A DNA stretch of 29,836 nucleotides, from the IMG/VR virus record IMGVR_UViG_2029527005_000013; one strand, 5' to 3'. The notes under the pieces are model-generated. The model saw only the letters and a list, made by a program, of their open reading frames with translations. It ran no database searches and was not told the DNA's origin. The DNA is from a virus. The position numbers were made by a program, and so were the translations under genes. The stretch's first letter is position 1; each line of letters starts with the position of its first letter. Below are positions 22,510 through 29,836 of the stretch, in pieces.

Positions 22510-23870
22510 TGGGTAAGACGGTAATTGGTAATGAGTTGGCTATGGAAGCCATCATGCGTGGCGACAACGTGTTCGTAACCGGGCCAGGCGGCTGCGGTAA
22601 GAGTCTGATGATCGCCTCACTCCGCGAGTTCTTTGCTGACAGCTTCCTGTTTGTGGCACCAACGGGCATTGCGGCGCTGAACATCGGCGGGATCACCACC
22701 CACAAGGCATTCGGCCTGACGTTTGGTGTGACCACGAAAGAAGACTTCAAGGCGAAGTCCAAGAAGCCAGCGATGCTGATGGCGTCTGATGCTCTGGATG
22801 CGTTAGTATTCGATGAGATCTCTATGACCCGTAGCGACAAGCTGCGTGAGATTGACATGAAACTGCGCTACCACCGTAAGGTGAACAAGCCATTCGGTGG
22901 CCTCCAAGTCATCGCTTTCGGTGACGGGTTCCAGATCAAGCCTGTACTGAAGCGTGAAGAGACGGCGATGTTCCGTGAACTCCACGGAAACGAGATCCCG
23001 TTCGGCTCCGACATCTGGAACGAACTTAACTTCACCAACGCATATCTGCCGAAGGTTCACCGCCAGGCTGACCCGGTATTCGCTGGTCACCTGAACAACA
23101 TTCGTGTTGGCAAGAACATCGGTGCAGCGGTTGATTACTTCAACCAGAACTGCTTTGGCCCGCCGCTGGCTGGTGCTGTTACTCTCACCACCACCAACAA
23201 ACTGGCGGAAGAGATTAACGATAAAGAGTTCCACAAGATCAAGGCCGAACCACGTGAGTTCAAGGCTCAGATCAAAGGTGAGTTCACCGAGCGCCCGGTA
23301 AATGAAATCCTGAACCTGAAGGTCGGTCTGAAGGTAATGATCGTCGTCAACGACAACGACGAGAAGAAAAAGGCCCCGGACTACGTTAACGGCACGGTTG
23401 GCATCATAACCAAGATCGCCCACAGCTACTGTACTGTGGACATTGATGGTCGCCAGATTGCCATCGGCAAGAACGAGTGGACCAACGTTGTGCAGGTCCC
23501 GGAAGAGAAGCTGGTGCAGGTCGAGAAAGAGATCGACATGCCGGACGGCACCAAGCAGGTAACGAAGGTCATGGAAAAGCAAATGGTCCTCGTCGATAAA
23601 GAGATCGGTAAATACTTGCAGTTCCCGTTCAAACTGGGTTATGCTATCACCGGACACAAAGCACAGGGTCTGACCCTTGGCAAAGTGAACATCGACCTGG
23701 GTTACGGCACCTTTACGCCGGGGCAAGCGTATGTTATGCTTTCCCGAGCAACGTCACCTGAAGGTCTTCGTCTGATGAAGCGCCTGCGTGTGAAAGACAT
23801 TATCGTGGACCAAGGCGTTAAGCGCTTCTATGAGTACACATTCCCAGAAATCTTTGGAGGTCAGCCATGA
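22509..23870 (+). CDS. Pif1/RecD-family SF1B DNA helicase
   Basis: GPGGCGKS, APTGIAA, DEISM, KPFGGLQVIAFGDGFQ, YAITGHKAQGLTL, GQAYVMLSRA. Confidence 0.93.
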   Translation: MGKTVIGNELAMEAIMRGDNVFVTGPGGCGKSLMIASLREFFADSFLFVAPTGIAALNIGGITTHKAFGLTFGVTTKEDFKAKSKKPAMLMASDALDALVFDEISMTRSDKLREIDMKLRYHRKVNKPFGGLQVIAFGDGFQIKPVLKREETAMFRELHGNEIPFGSDIWNELNFTNAYLPKVHRQADPVFAGHLNNIRVGKNIGAAVDYFNQNCFGPPLAGAVTLTTTNKLAEEINDKEFHKIKAEPREFKAQIKGEFTERPVNEILNLKVGLKVMIVVNDNDEKKKAPDYVNGTVGIITKIAHSYCTVDIDGRQIAIGKNEWTNVVQVPEEKLVQVEKEIDMPDGTKQVTKVMEKQMVLVDKEIGKYLQFPFKLGYAITGHKAQGLTLGKVNIDLGYGTFTPGQAYVMLSRATSPEGLRLMKRLRVKDIIVDQGVKRFYEYTFPEIFGGQP

Positions 23871-24076
23871 AACAGTACGAGAAAGGTCAGAAAGTTAAGT
23901 TCGTCCCGCAAGAAGGTTGGTTAGATGACTACTCCCCAGACGGCGTAACGCCGGGCTGCATTGGTGTTGTTAAGAACCAGACGTTCGATGACGACGTTGT
24001 GGTTGACTTCACCCGCGAAGATGGTACAGTGTGCCACGGGTTCTTCGCCTTCATCGAAGACTTGGAGGCGGTGTGA
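23867..24076 (+). CDS. small SH3-like hypothetical protein
   Basis: GGAGG RBS, ATGA overlap. Confidence 0.7.
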   Translation: MKQYEKGQKVKFVPQEGWLDDYSPDGVTPGCIGVVKNQTFDDDVVVDFTREDGTVCHGFFAFIEDLEAV

Positions 24077-24390
24077 TTAAAGACGCATTTGGTTTGGCAG
24101 CGCAAGTTGGCGATAAAGTAGCATATGCCCCGGGAGGGGCAGGTGCTCAGGACTTCCATACCGGGAAGATCTCTAAGGTTTCCGGGAAGACGGTAACCAT
24201 CGTTGACCACGGAGAACTGGACTGGATGAACTCACCTAAAATCATTCGTCGTGGTTCTGGCTGTTTCGTAATCGACGCCACAAAGCGAGAGGCCGAAGCT
24301 CTGGTGGGACTGGTAGCCTTATCTGAACAAGATAAGAAAGAAGGCCGGGTATATTCCCGTGATCAACTAATGGAGGCCCTCGATGAGTAA
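24073..24390 (+). CDS. hypothetical protein with KOW-like N-terminus
   Basis: GTG start with GGAGG RBS; 'DAFG..AQVGDKVAY' resembles the 16798 protein. Confidence 0.7.
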   Translation: MIKDAFGLAAQVGDKVAYAPGGAGAQDFHTGKISKVSGKTVTIVDHGELDWMNSPKIIRRGSGCFVIDATKREAEALVGLVALSEQDKKEGRVYSRDQLMEALDE

Positions 24391-24565
24391 AATCAAAGCC
24401 GGGTCGGTTGTTCGTTTGAAGTCGGGTAGCCCTTGGATGACCGTTGTTCGAATCTGGGAGCAGACAGGAACGGTAGGTGCCGATGGAACTATGGCATACT
24501 GCCAGTGGTTCAACCAGGATAAGCTGGAAGAAAAGAATTTCCACATTGAAGTTTTGGAGGAATGA
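24383..24565 (+). CDS. DUF2158/YodC-family small protein
   Basis: GSVVRLKSGSPWMTV...CQWF...F.IEVL signature. Confidence 0.8.
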   Translation: MSKIKAGSVVRLKSGSPWMTVVRIWEQTGTVGADGTMAYCQWFNQDKLEEKNFHIEVLEE

Positions 24566-24738
24566 TGAGCAAGCCATTCGAAGACCTGACCAAGTTACCA
24601 ATGCAGACCTTACTGGCGCTGCGTGACCTCGGGCGCGATGACCTGCGCCGGACGGAGGCTCACGCCGCTGACCTGAAAGAAATGTTGGCTAACATTAAGC
24701 TGGAGATCGAAATCCGTGGAAACCGAGCAGCAGAATAG
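24562..24738 (+). CDS. 58-aa helical small protein (MMSKPFEDLTKL...)
   Basis: Read manually; GGAGG RBS, overlap; fills the gap. Confidence 0.65.
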   Translation: MMSKPFEDLTKLPMQTLLALRDLGRDDLRRTEAHAADLKEMLANIKLEIEIRGNRAAE

Positions 24739-25015
24739 GGTCAGAATGACCGCAGATCGCCACTGGGAGCGTTTTGACGAGGCATGTCATGGAAACGCCC
24801 AGCAAATGGCGGAAATCGCTGAGAGCGCGATTGAGGAGCTTTTACAGCGTGAACGTGAAACTCCCCGGTTGCGCCCGGATTTGTTCAACAAGCTGGTGAT
24901 TGACATCATGGAAACCGTCAAGGTGTATGGTGCCACCCAGCAGTGCCGGACCAAACTGGTTGGGGTTCTCTCCAAGTACGTTGTGCCGGACCATTCTCAC
25001 ACGAGGCCACGATGA
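24716..25015 (+). CDS. hypothetical protein
   Basis: GTG start, GGAG RBS. Confidence 0.7.
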   Translation: METEQQNRVRMTADRHWERFDEACHGNAQQMAEIAESAIEELLQRERETPRLRPDLFNKLVIDIMETVKVYGATQQCRTKLVGVLSKYVVPDHSHTRPR

Positions 25016-25374
25016 AGAAGGTTGCACCGGAAGAACTAAAAGGATACTCTACGGAGAGGTTGAAGGGTATCCTCGCAGAGTACGCAAGCCTCTGGGGAGA
25101 AAGTCCTTATGCCTTCTTCGAGGTGAAGCGGGAGTATGATGACCGTTTCCCTTTACTGGAGTTTGAAATCCTTGGGCCTTTCAATGACACTATTGACCGA
25201 TATGTCGGCCCTTGTGTTGACCAAGTTCCGGCGCACGTCTTTGTTGTCGAGGATGGCAAGGTAACACACGTGGATGTCCACGAGTTTATGTGGTCATTCG
25301 GGTCAGACTATTTCGAAAGCCAGGGGTACGTACCTGTGCCCCCAGGGTCAGTTATTATCCGAGGTGAAGTATGA
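25012..25374 (+). CDS. hypothetical protein
   Basis: ATGA overlap, GAGG RBS. Confidence 0.75.
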   Translation: MKKVAPEELKGYSTERLKGILAEYASLWGESPYAFFEVKREYDDRFPLLEFEILGPFNDTIDRYVGPCVDQVPAHVFVVEDGKVTHVDVHEFMWSFGSDYFESQGYVPVPPGSVIIRGEV

Positions 25375-25589
25375 GTAGAGACATCCGTTGTTTAGTAAAG
25401 AAAGGTGATGGTGACTTTGACCGGGCAGCAGGGCTTGGTTATGCCATCAACCTGCACTGTGCTGATGGTTATATGTGGTTGAGCTATCCGGGCCACATGT
25501 TCAATTCAGCCGAGCGACTGAAGCAGATCTTCGAAATGCACCTCGAAAAGGATGGTTTCGAGAAAATCTCTGCGGTGGAGTTCCGATGA
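25371..25589 (+). CDS. hypothetical protein
   Basis: GAGGTG RBS, ATGA overlap. Confidence 0.7.
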   Translation: MSRDIRCLVKKGDGDFDRAAGLGYAINLHCADGYMWLSYPGHMFNSAERLKQIFEMHLEKDGFEKISAVEFR

Positions 25590-25768
25590 TGGTTATGTTG
25601 ATACCGCTCAGTATCTTGGTGGTTTCATTCCTGATACTGTTGTTTGGATTACCGTTCGTCAGCATAGCCACCGCCAAGAACATCGGCGGACGCCGGGCGG
25701 TAAGATTGCGGGTTGGTGTTTCTCACCTGTTCTGTGGTGAGGATCGTTACTGGGAGCACACGTGGTGA
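25586..25768 (+). CDS. small membrane protein
   Basis: GGAG RBS; N-terminal TM helix. Confidence 0.6.
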   Translation: MMVMLIPLSILVVSFLILLFGLPFVSIATAKNIGGRRAVRLRVGVSHLFCGEDRYWEHTW

Positions 25769-25956
25769 AACCTGTTTTTAAGTACGAAGTGAATGAAGTT
25801 GTTCTGTTTGACCAGGGTGACAACCGCTGGGATTACAAAGGTGAGGGTAAAGTCCTGATGCAACAGGAATACATCTCATGCAATGCTTATCTGGTCGAAA
25901 TGCCGGATGGAGTCAAAACACAGGTCAGAGAAGACCAAATTTCCGGCAAGAAGTAA
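25762..25956 (+). CDS. small SH3-like hypothetical protein
   Basis: GTG start, GGGAG RBS. Confidence 0.7.
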   Translation: MVKPVFKYEVNEVVLFDQGDNRWDYKGEGKVLMQQEYISCNAYLVEMPDGVKTQVREDQISGKK

Positions 25957-25992
25957 TTGATCAGTTAAGAAATCATCAATAAGGAGTTTATC

Positions 25993-26268
25993 ATGCGTAG
26001 CACGACTGTAGAGTTCCCATATTTTCACAAGGCGTTCGGTCAGGAAGTTGTAGTTGAAGCGGAAGTAATGCTGTACAAAGGCATTCCGAATGCCGCCAGC
26101 GACTGGGATGCAGAGGATTACCTCGAAATCATCTCGGTTGCCGTCTACCATGAAGGTGATGTGCTCGACATTGACATTCCCCGCAAAGTAATCTATGCTG
26201 AGATCTCGTCTCAAATCCGTGATGCGGAGATGAGCGTGGCGTTCTTGGAAGAAAGCGGAGGTTTCTAA
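25993..26268 (+). CDS. small acidic hypothetical protein
   Basis: TAAGGAG RBS. Confidence 0.8.
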   Translation: MRSTTVEFPYFHKAFGQEVVVEAEVMLYKGIPNAASDWDAEDYLEIISVAVYHEGDVLDIDIPRKVIYAEISSQIRDAEMSVAFLEESGGF

Positions 26269-26438
26269 TGACGGAAGTCAAGATCCTTGTATCTACCAAT
26301 CCGATCGAGTTGGCCCAGAAGATCAAGCTGTGGGTGAATGAGTACGATTATTCACTCAAAGGCCCGGTATCTATTGGCGTCAACAACGTGGGCAACACGG
26401 TTTATGTTGCAACTTTGGTAAAGGGGGAAGTTGAGTGA
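26268..26438 (+). CDS. 56-aa protein, DUF1737-like
   Basis: Read manually: MTEVKILVSTNPIELAQKIKLWVNEYDYSLKGPVSIG...TLVK; coupled on both sides. Confidence 0.6.
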   Translation: MTEVKILVSTNPIELAQKIKLWVNEYDYSLKGPVSIGVNNVGNTVYVATLVKGEVE

Positions 26439-28543
26439 GCACTTTTGGTGAAGGATTGTTCGGCGGGTATAAGACGGGTTACACCAACCCGAAGGCTTCT
26501 ACCCAACGTAGTTTTGGAGGCGGAATGCAGCGCGTAGAAGAGACAGTTGAAGATGTGAAGACGTACCCGTTCAAGTCCATCCCTGAGCGCGGGATCGACG
26601 AGAAGACGGCGGAACGCTTCGGCATCCGTACCAAGCTGTCGGCTAAGGACGGCATGACGCCAGAGGCGCACTATTTCCCGTACACACTGGAAGGGAAGAT
26701 TGTCGGCTTTAAGAAGCGCGACCTGACTATCCCTAAACAGCAGAAGGGCCACTTCACGACGATCGGCTTCCAGTCGGTTGCGTGTGACCTGTTTGGCCTT
26801 GAGGGGTCCAACAAGTCGTCCAAGCGTATGATCTTCATCACTGAAGGTGAGTACGATGCGGCGGTACTGTGGCAGGTTCTCCGTGAGAACTACAAATCGA
26901 AGGATGGCAATGCACGTAAGCCAAACTTCACGGTTGTGTCTATCTCCAACGGCACCTCCAACGCTGTGCAGAACCTAGCGCAGAAGAACAACTACAAACT
27001 CCTGAACAAGTTCGAGGAGATCATTGTGGCGTTCGATGCTGACAGGGCGACAGAGGCGGAGAAGGCCAAGGGCATCATGAAGGGTAAAGACGCAGTGGCG
27101 GCGGTGTATTCCGTTATCCCACAAATGAAAGTCGTCGATATTCCTGAAGACATGGACCCTTGCGACATGTACACTAAGGGCCTGGCGCAGCAACTCTTCT
27201 GGGCAGCGATGAAGCCAAAAGAGTATGTGCCGGACGGGTTCTCTACGTACAGCCAGTTCCGTGACAAGGCACACGAGATTCCTAAACTCGGGAAGAAATT
27301 CCCGTGGCCTACTCTGACCCGCCTGACGCTGGGTCGCCGTAAAGGTGAAGGTTACTTCATCGGCGCTGGCGTTAAGATGGGTAAGTCTGAGCTTCTGAAC
27401 CAGTTGGTGGAATACATCACCGGGGTCGAGAAGGCGAAAGCCGCTGTGTTCAAGTTCGAGGAAGAGAACGAGATCACGTGTAAGAAAATCGCCGGGAAGC
27501 GTTATCACAAGGACTTCGTGAACGCAGAGAAGGTGATGATCCCGCAAGAAGATGGCACCTATCGTGACATCTGGGGCGACGAGGTGTTCGAGGGCCAGCG
27601 TGGTTACTTCAAGCAGGAAGAACTGATTGCAGCCACGGATGAAGTAGGTGACTCGGTAATCTATTACAACAACTACGGTCGTGCAGTGTGGGACGAACTG
27701 AAAGGTGCGATCCGCCATGCCGTTATCGTGGAAGGTTGTGAAGACATCTTCATTGACCCGATCACCCGTCTGGTGCAGGGCATGAGTGCATCCGAAGCCA
27801 ACCAAGAACTGGAGCGATTCTCTGATGAGATCTCCAAGCTGGCGAAGGAACTGGGCTTCACGTACTACTGTTTCTGCCACCTGAACAAACCGGAAGCGGG
27901 TAAGCCGCACGAGTTCGGCGGTCAGGTTCAGTCGGCGCAGTTCGCCGGGTCCCGTGCTATGATGCGTAACACCTACTACATGTGGGGTATCGAGCGTAAC
28001 AAAGACCCAGAACTGCCGATGAAGCAGCGTAACACATCGTGGTTCGTTATTCTGGATGACCGTAAACACGGTCGTGCAGGCAAGTTCCCGGTGTTCTACG
28101 ACATCGACACTGGTGATTATCTGGAACCGCCTGAAGGGTTCTTGGACAGCCCATACGAAACTCTGCGTGAGTGGTATGCTGCCCACCCGGCAGACGACCC
28201 GAGTCACGAGACTTATCAGGAACCTCGTGGAACCAACGCCCAGCCGTTGTCCAGTGAGAACCAAGATAAGACTGGCTCTGACCTGACGGAAGATGATATT
28301 CCTCCGGCAGACGAAGAGTTCATGGCAGCACTGGCAGAGTCAGAGGCCAATAAGGCGGTTGTTCAGGAAGACTTACCTCTGGACGATGAACCGCTGGATG
28401 TACCTGATGAACCCGAAGTTGTTGTGGAAACGGCACCGGAAGTCGTTGAAAATAAAGCCGATGTTCATTACGCCTGCAATACGGCACCGCCAGAAGTCCC
28501 GGATGTACCGGAAGACGACTGGGATGACGCAGTTCCATTCTAA
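26435..28543 (+). CDS. T7 gp4/Twinkle-like DNA primase-helicase (TOPRIM + SF4 helicase)
   Basis: ERGI, YFPY, ITEGEYDA, FDAD, DPCD (primase); AGVKMGKS, IFIDPIT, CHLNK, FAGSRA (helicase); long acidic tail. Confidence 0.93.
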   Translation: MSTFGEGLFGGYKTGYTNPKASTQRSFGGGMQRVEETVEDVKTYPFKSIPERGIDEKTAERFGIRTKLSAKDGMTPEAHYFPYTLEGKIVGFKKRDLTIPKQQKGHFTTIGFQSVACDLFGLEGSNKSSKRMIFITEGEYDAAVLWQVLRENYKSKDGNARKPNFTVVSISNGTSNAVQNLAQKNNYKLLNKFEEIIVAFDADRATEAEKAKGIMKGKDAVAAVYSVIPQMKVVDIPEDMDPCDMYTKGLAQQLFWAAMKPKEYVPDGFSTYSQFRDKAHEIPKLGKKFPWPTLTRLTLGRRKGEGYFIGAGVKMGKSELLNQLVEYITGVEKAKAAVFKFEEENEITCKKIAGKRYHKDFVNAEKVMIPQEDGTYRDIWGDEVFEGQRGYFKQEELIAATDEVGDSVIYYNNYGRAVWDELKGAIRHAVIVEGCEDIFIDPITRLVQGMSASEANQELERFSDEISKLAKELGFTYYCFCHLNKPEAGKPHEFGGQVQSAQFAGSRAMMRNTYYMWGIERNKDPELPMKQRNTSWFVILDDRKHGRAGKFPVFYDIDTGDYLEPPEGFLDSPYETLREWYAAHPADDPSHETYQEPRGTNAQPLSSENQDKTGSDLTEDDIPPADEEFMAALAESEANKAVVQEDLPLDDEPLDVPDEPEVVVETAPEVVENKADVHYACNTAPPEVPDVPEDDWDDAVPF

Positions 28544-28544
28544 T

Positions 28545-28571
28545 AAAAAGGTCCCTTCGGGGGCCTTTTTT
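28545..28571 (+). terminator. intrinsic (potentially bidirectional) terminator AAAAAGGTCCC-TTCG-GGGGCCTTTTTT
   Basis: UUCG hairpin with U-tract right after the primase stop. Confidence 0.88.
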
Positions 28572-28574
28572 CGT

Positions 28575-28603
28575 TTGACCTCCTCGAAATATTCCCGTAT
28601 ACT
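28575..28603 (+). promoter_or_regulatory. sigma70-type promoter TTGACC-17-TATACT
   Basis: Near-consensus, immediately after the terminator. Confidence 0.75.
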
Positions 28604-28630
28604 CCCCTTATCAAACCAATAGGAGGTTCT

Positions 28631-28801
28631 ATGAGCAAAACAACAGTCCATGTCCTGATTCCGTTTGGCACAAAAGCCGCATGTGGGGTTGACCCATATA
28701 TCAACGGGGGCTGTCGCAGCAGTATTACCTGTAAGAACTGTAAGAAAACTCAGTATTACAAAGACCTGCCGCCAGGTCCTAACAAGGGGAAGAAACGATG
28801 A
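28631..28801 (+). CDS. 56-aa putative zinc-finger protein (H..C..C..CKNC)
   Basis: Read manually: MSKTTVHVLIPFGTKAACGVDPYINGGCRSSITCKNCKKTQYY...; AGGAGG RBS. Confidence 0.75.
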   Translation: MSKTTVHVLIPFGTKAACGVDPYINGGCRSSITCKNCKKTQYYKDLPPGPNKGKKR

Positions 28802-29094
28802 GCAAATTAATGGTGCCTGTGGTCCGTGACCTCGTGGCAGAAAACACTGGGATTGAGTCCCTCGTTGGACAGATGGTTGAAGTGGTCAAGAAGATCCCTA
28901 AGTACAAGAAGGTAACGATGGCTACGCCCGGTATCGGTAAGCCAAAGGTGTTTCCAACTCGTCGGGATGTGTATCTGGTAAACGCCCCGAGAACCCGCTG
29001 GATGATGGGACCACACCGGGTGGACGAGGCAATCGTCCTGTACTGCGGCTACAAGGGCAACGATATTTATTCGGCAGAGGAGCTTGGACTATGA
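28798..29094 (+). CDS. hypothetical protein
   Basis: ATGA overlap. Confidence 0.7.
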   Translation: MSKLMVPVVRDLVAENTGIESLVGQMVEVVKKIPKYKKVTMATPGIGKPKVFPTRRDVYLVNAPRTRWMMGPHRVDEAIVLYCGYKGNDIYSAEELGL

Positions 29095-29231
29095 TTACTT
29101 TCTTTGTTACCCTTATGGCCCATTGTTTCGGTAGACGCCCGGTAGAAGAAGGGATCTGGATCGTGGCAGTCATAATCGGGGTATTGGAGATTATGTTCGG
29201 CGCTGTATTGCTGGCGGGGATGATGAAATGA
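29091..29231 (+). CDS. 46-aa membrane peptide
   Basis: Read manually; GAGGAG RBS, ATGA overlaps on both sides. Confidence 0.6.
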   Translation: MITFFVTLMAHCFGRRPVEEGIWIVAVIIGVLEIMFGAVLLAGMMK

Positions 29232-29413
29232 GCGTCGTCGTAGAGGGCCGCACGTGGAACGAATACCAGCTTGAATGGAACGATGCTGACGGGAAGTTGT
29301 ATTCTGTTTGCTTCTTTGCCATCAGCCGGGAACACGCCTCTTATATTGTGGAAGAAATCAAAAAGACCGGGCGCTTGGCGGACGGTGAAGTCGTGGGGAA
29401 ATATAATGCGTGA
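29228..29413 (+). CDS. hypothetical protein
   Basis: ATGA overlap. Confidence 0.7.
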   Translation: MSVVVEGRTWNEYQLEWNDADGKLYSVCFFAISREHASYIVEEIKKTGRLADGEVVGKYNA

Positions 29414-29618
29414 CATCGAGTACGAAACCCATTATAGTGTGAAGTGTCGGATGTCGGTCAGTGATTCTTACCACGTTTGTGGCTACGCCCGGACGGAGGA
29501 GCACCTCAAGGAACTGATTGAGCATCTGAAAAAGACTTGGCGCTACGTGGAGTATAATTGCTACCGGGCGCGGAAGTTTGTCGAGCAACCACAAACGAAA
29601 AGGAAGGTGAAGAAATGA
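29406..29618 (+). CDS. hypothetical protein
   Basis: Start MRDIEY overlapping the upstream end. Confidence 0.65.
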   Translation: MRDIEYETHYSVKCRMSVSDSYHVCGYARTEEHLKELIEHLKKTWRYVEYNCYRARKFVEQPQTKRKVKK

Positions 29619-29812
29619 AAATGTTACTCTGCTGCCGTGTCAACCCCGGCTTTGAGGATCTGTTCAAAGCAGGTCGAAAGTATAAGATTGTCGGCACCGC
29701 CCCTAACGGGAAGGCTTGGAACATCCAGCGCGTGTGGGGAGAGACGCCAACCTTCGTCTCCGCGAAACACTCCGTGTTTGGGATTTTTACGGAGGTAGAC
29801 GAGAATGAGTGA
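29615..29812 (+). CDS. hypothetical protein
   Basis: Start MKMLLC, AAGGTG RBS, ATGA overlap. Confidence 0.65.
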   Translation: MKMLLCCRVNPGFEDLFKAGRKYKIVGTAPNGKAWNIQRVWGETPTFVSAKHSVFGIFTEVDENE

Positions 29813-29836
29813 TCTCTCACGGAAAGACAAATGTGA
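29805..29836 (+). CDS. start of a CDS truncated by the window edge
   Basis: GGAGG RBS, ATG AGT GAT CTC... open to the end. Confidence 0.45.
   Translation, partial: MSDLSRKDKC

Noticed and set aside
25690-25768. Possible frameshift in the small membrane gene (alternative frame reads KIAGWCFSPVLW)
   Set aside because: No slippery site, and no homolog comparison possible; the called frame already abuts the next gene
26975-28264. 429-aa minus-strand ORF (also 22803-23726, 9447-10109, 17679-18335)
   Set aside because: Antisense shadows of well-supported genes with biased codon usage; no RBS, promoter or motifs

Overview
A 29.8-kb, gene-dense segment of a large lytic dsDNA phage of enterobacteria. 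Gene content and style suggest an rV5/CR3/phiTE-like (Vequintavirinae-type) myovirus, but that assignment is an inference. No integrase, structural gene, tRNA, rRNA or CRISPR array was seen. Layout: (i) 1-1673, small early-type genes, each with its own near-consensus sigma70 promoter. (ii) 1675-2560, a ~0.9-kb ORF-poor block where transcription converges. It holds two promoters driving short structured transcripts, three Fur-box-like palindromes at exact 29-bp spacing, a GATC/GATCGAGAAC repeat cluster, a duplicated palindrome cassette at 41-bp period, and flanking inverted repeats. (iii) 2568-13606, minus-strand genes, including a vWA/HExxH protein plus MoxR-like AAA+ pair, a DUF1190 lipoprotein and a Mesh1/SpoT-like HD hydrolase. 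(iv) 13727-end, plus-strand genes, including an HNH endonuclease, a macrodomain protein, a SleB-like hydrolase, a Pif1-like helicase and a T7 gp4-like primase-helicase. The primase-helicase has no N-terminal zinc domain and ends in an SSB-like tail. The most unusual signals are the 1675-2560 non-coding module, the recurrent hairpins embedded in promoters, and a pair of ssi/pas-like ssDNA hairpins at 8101-8206.
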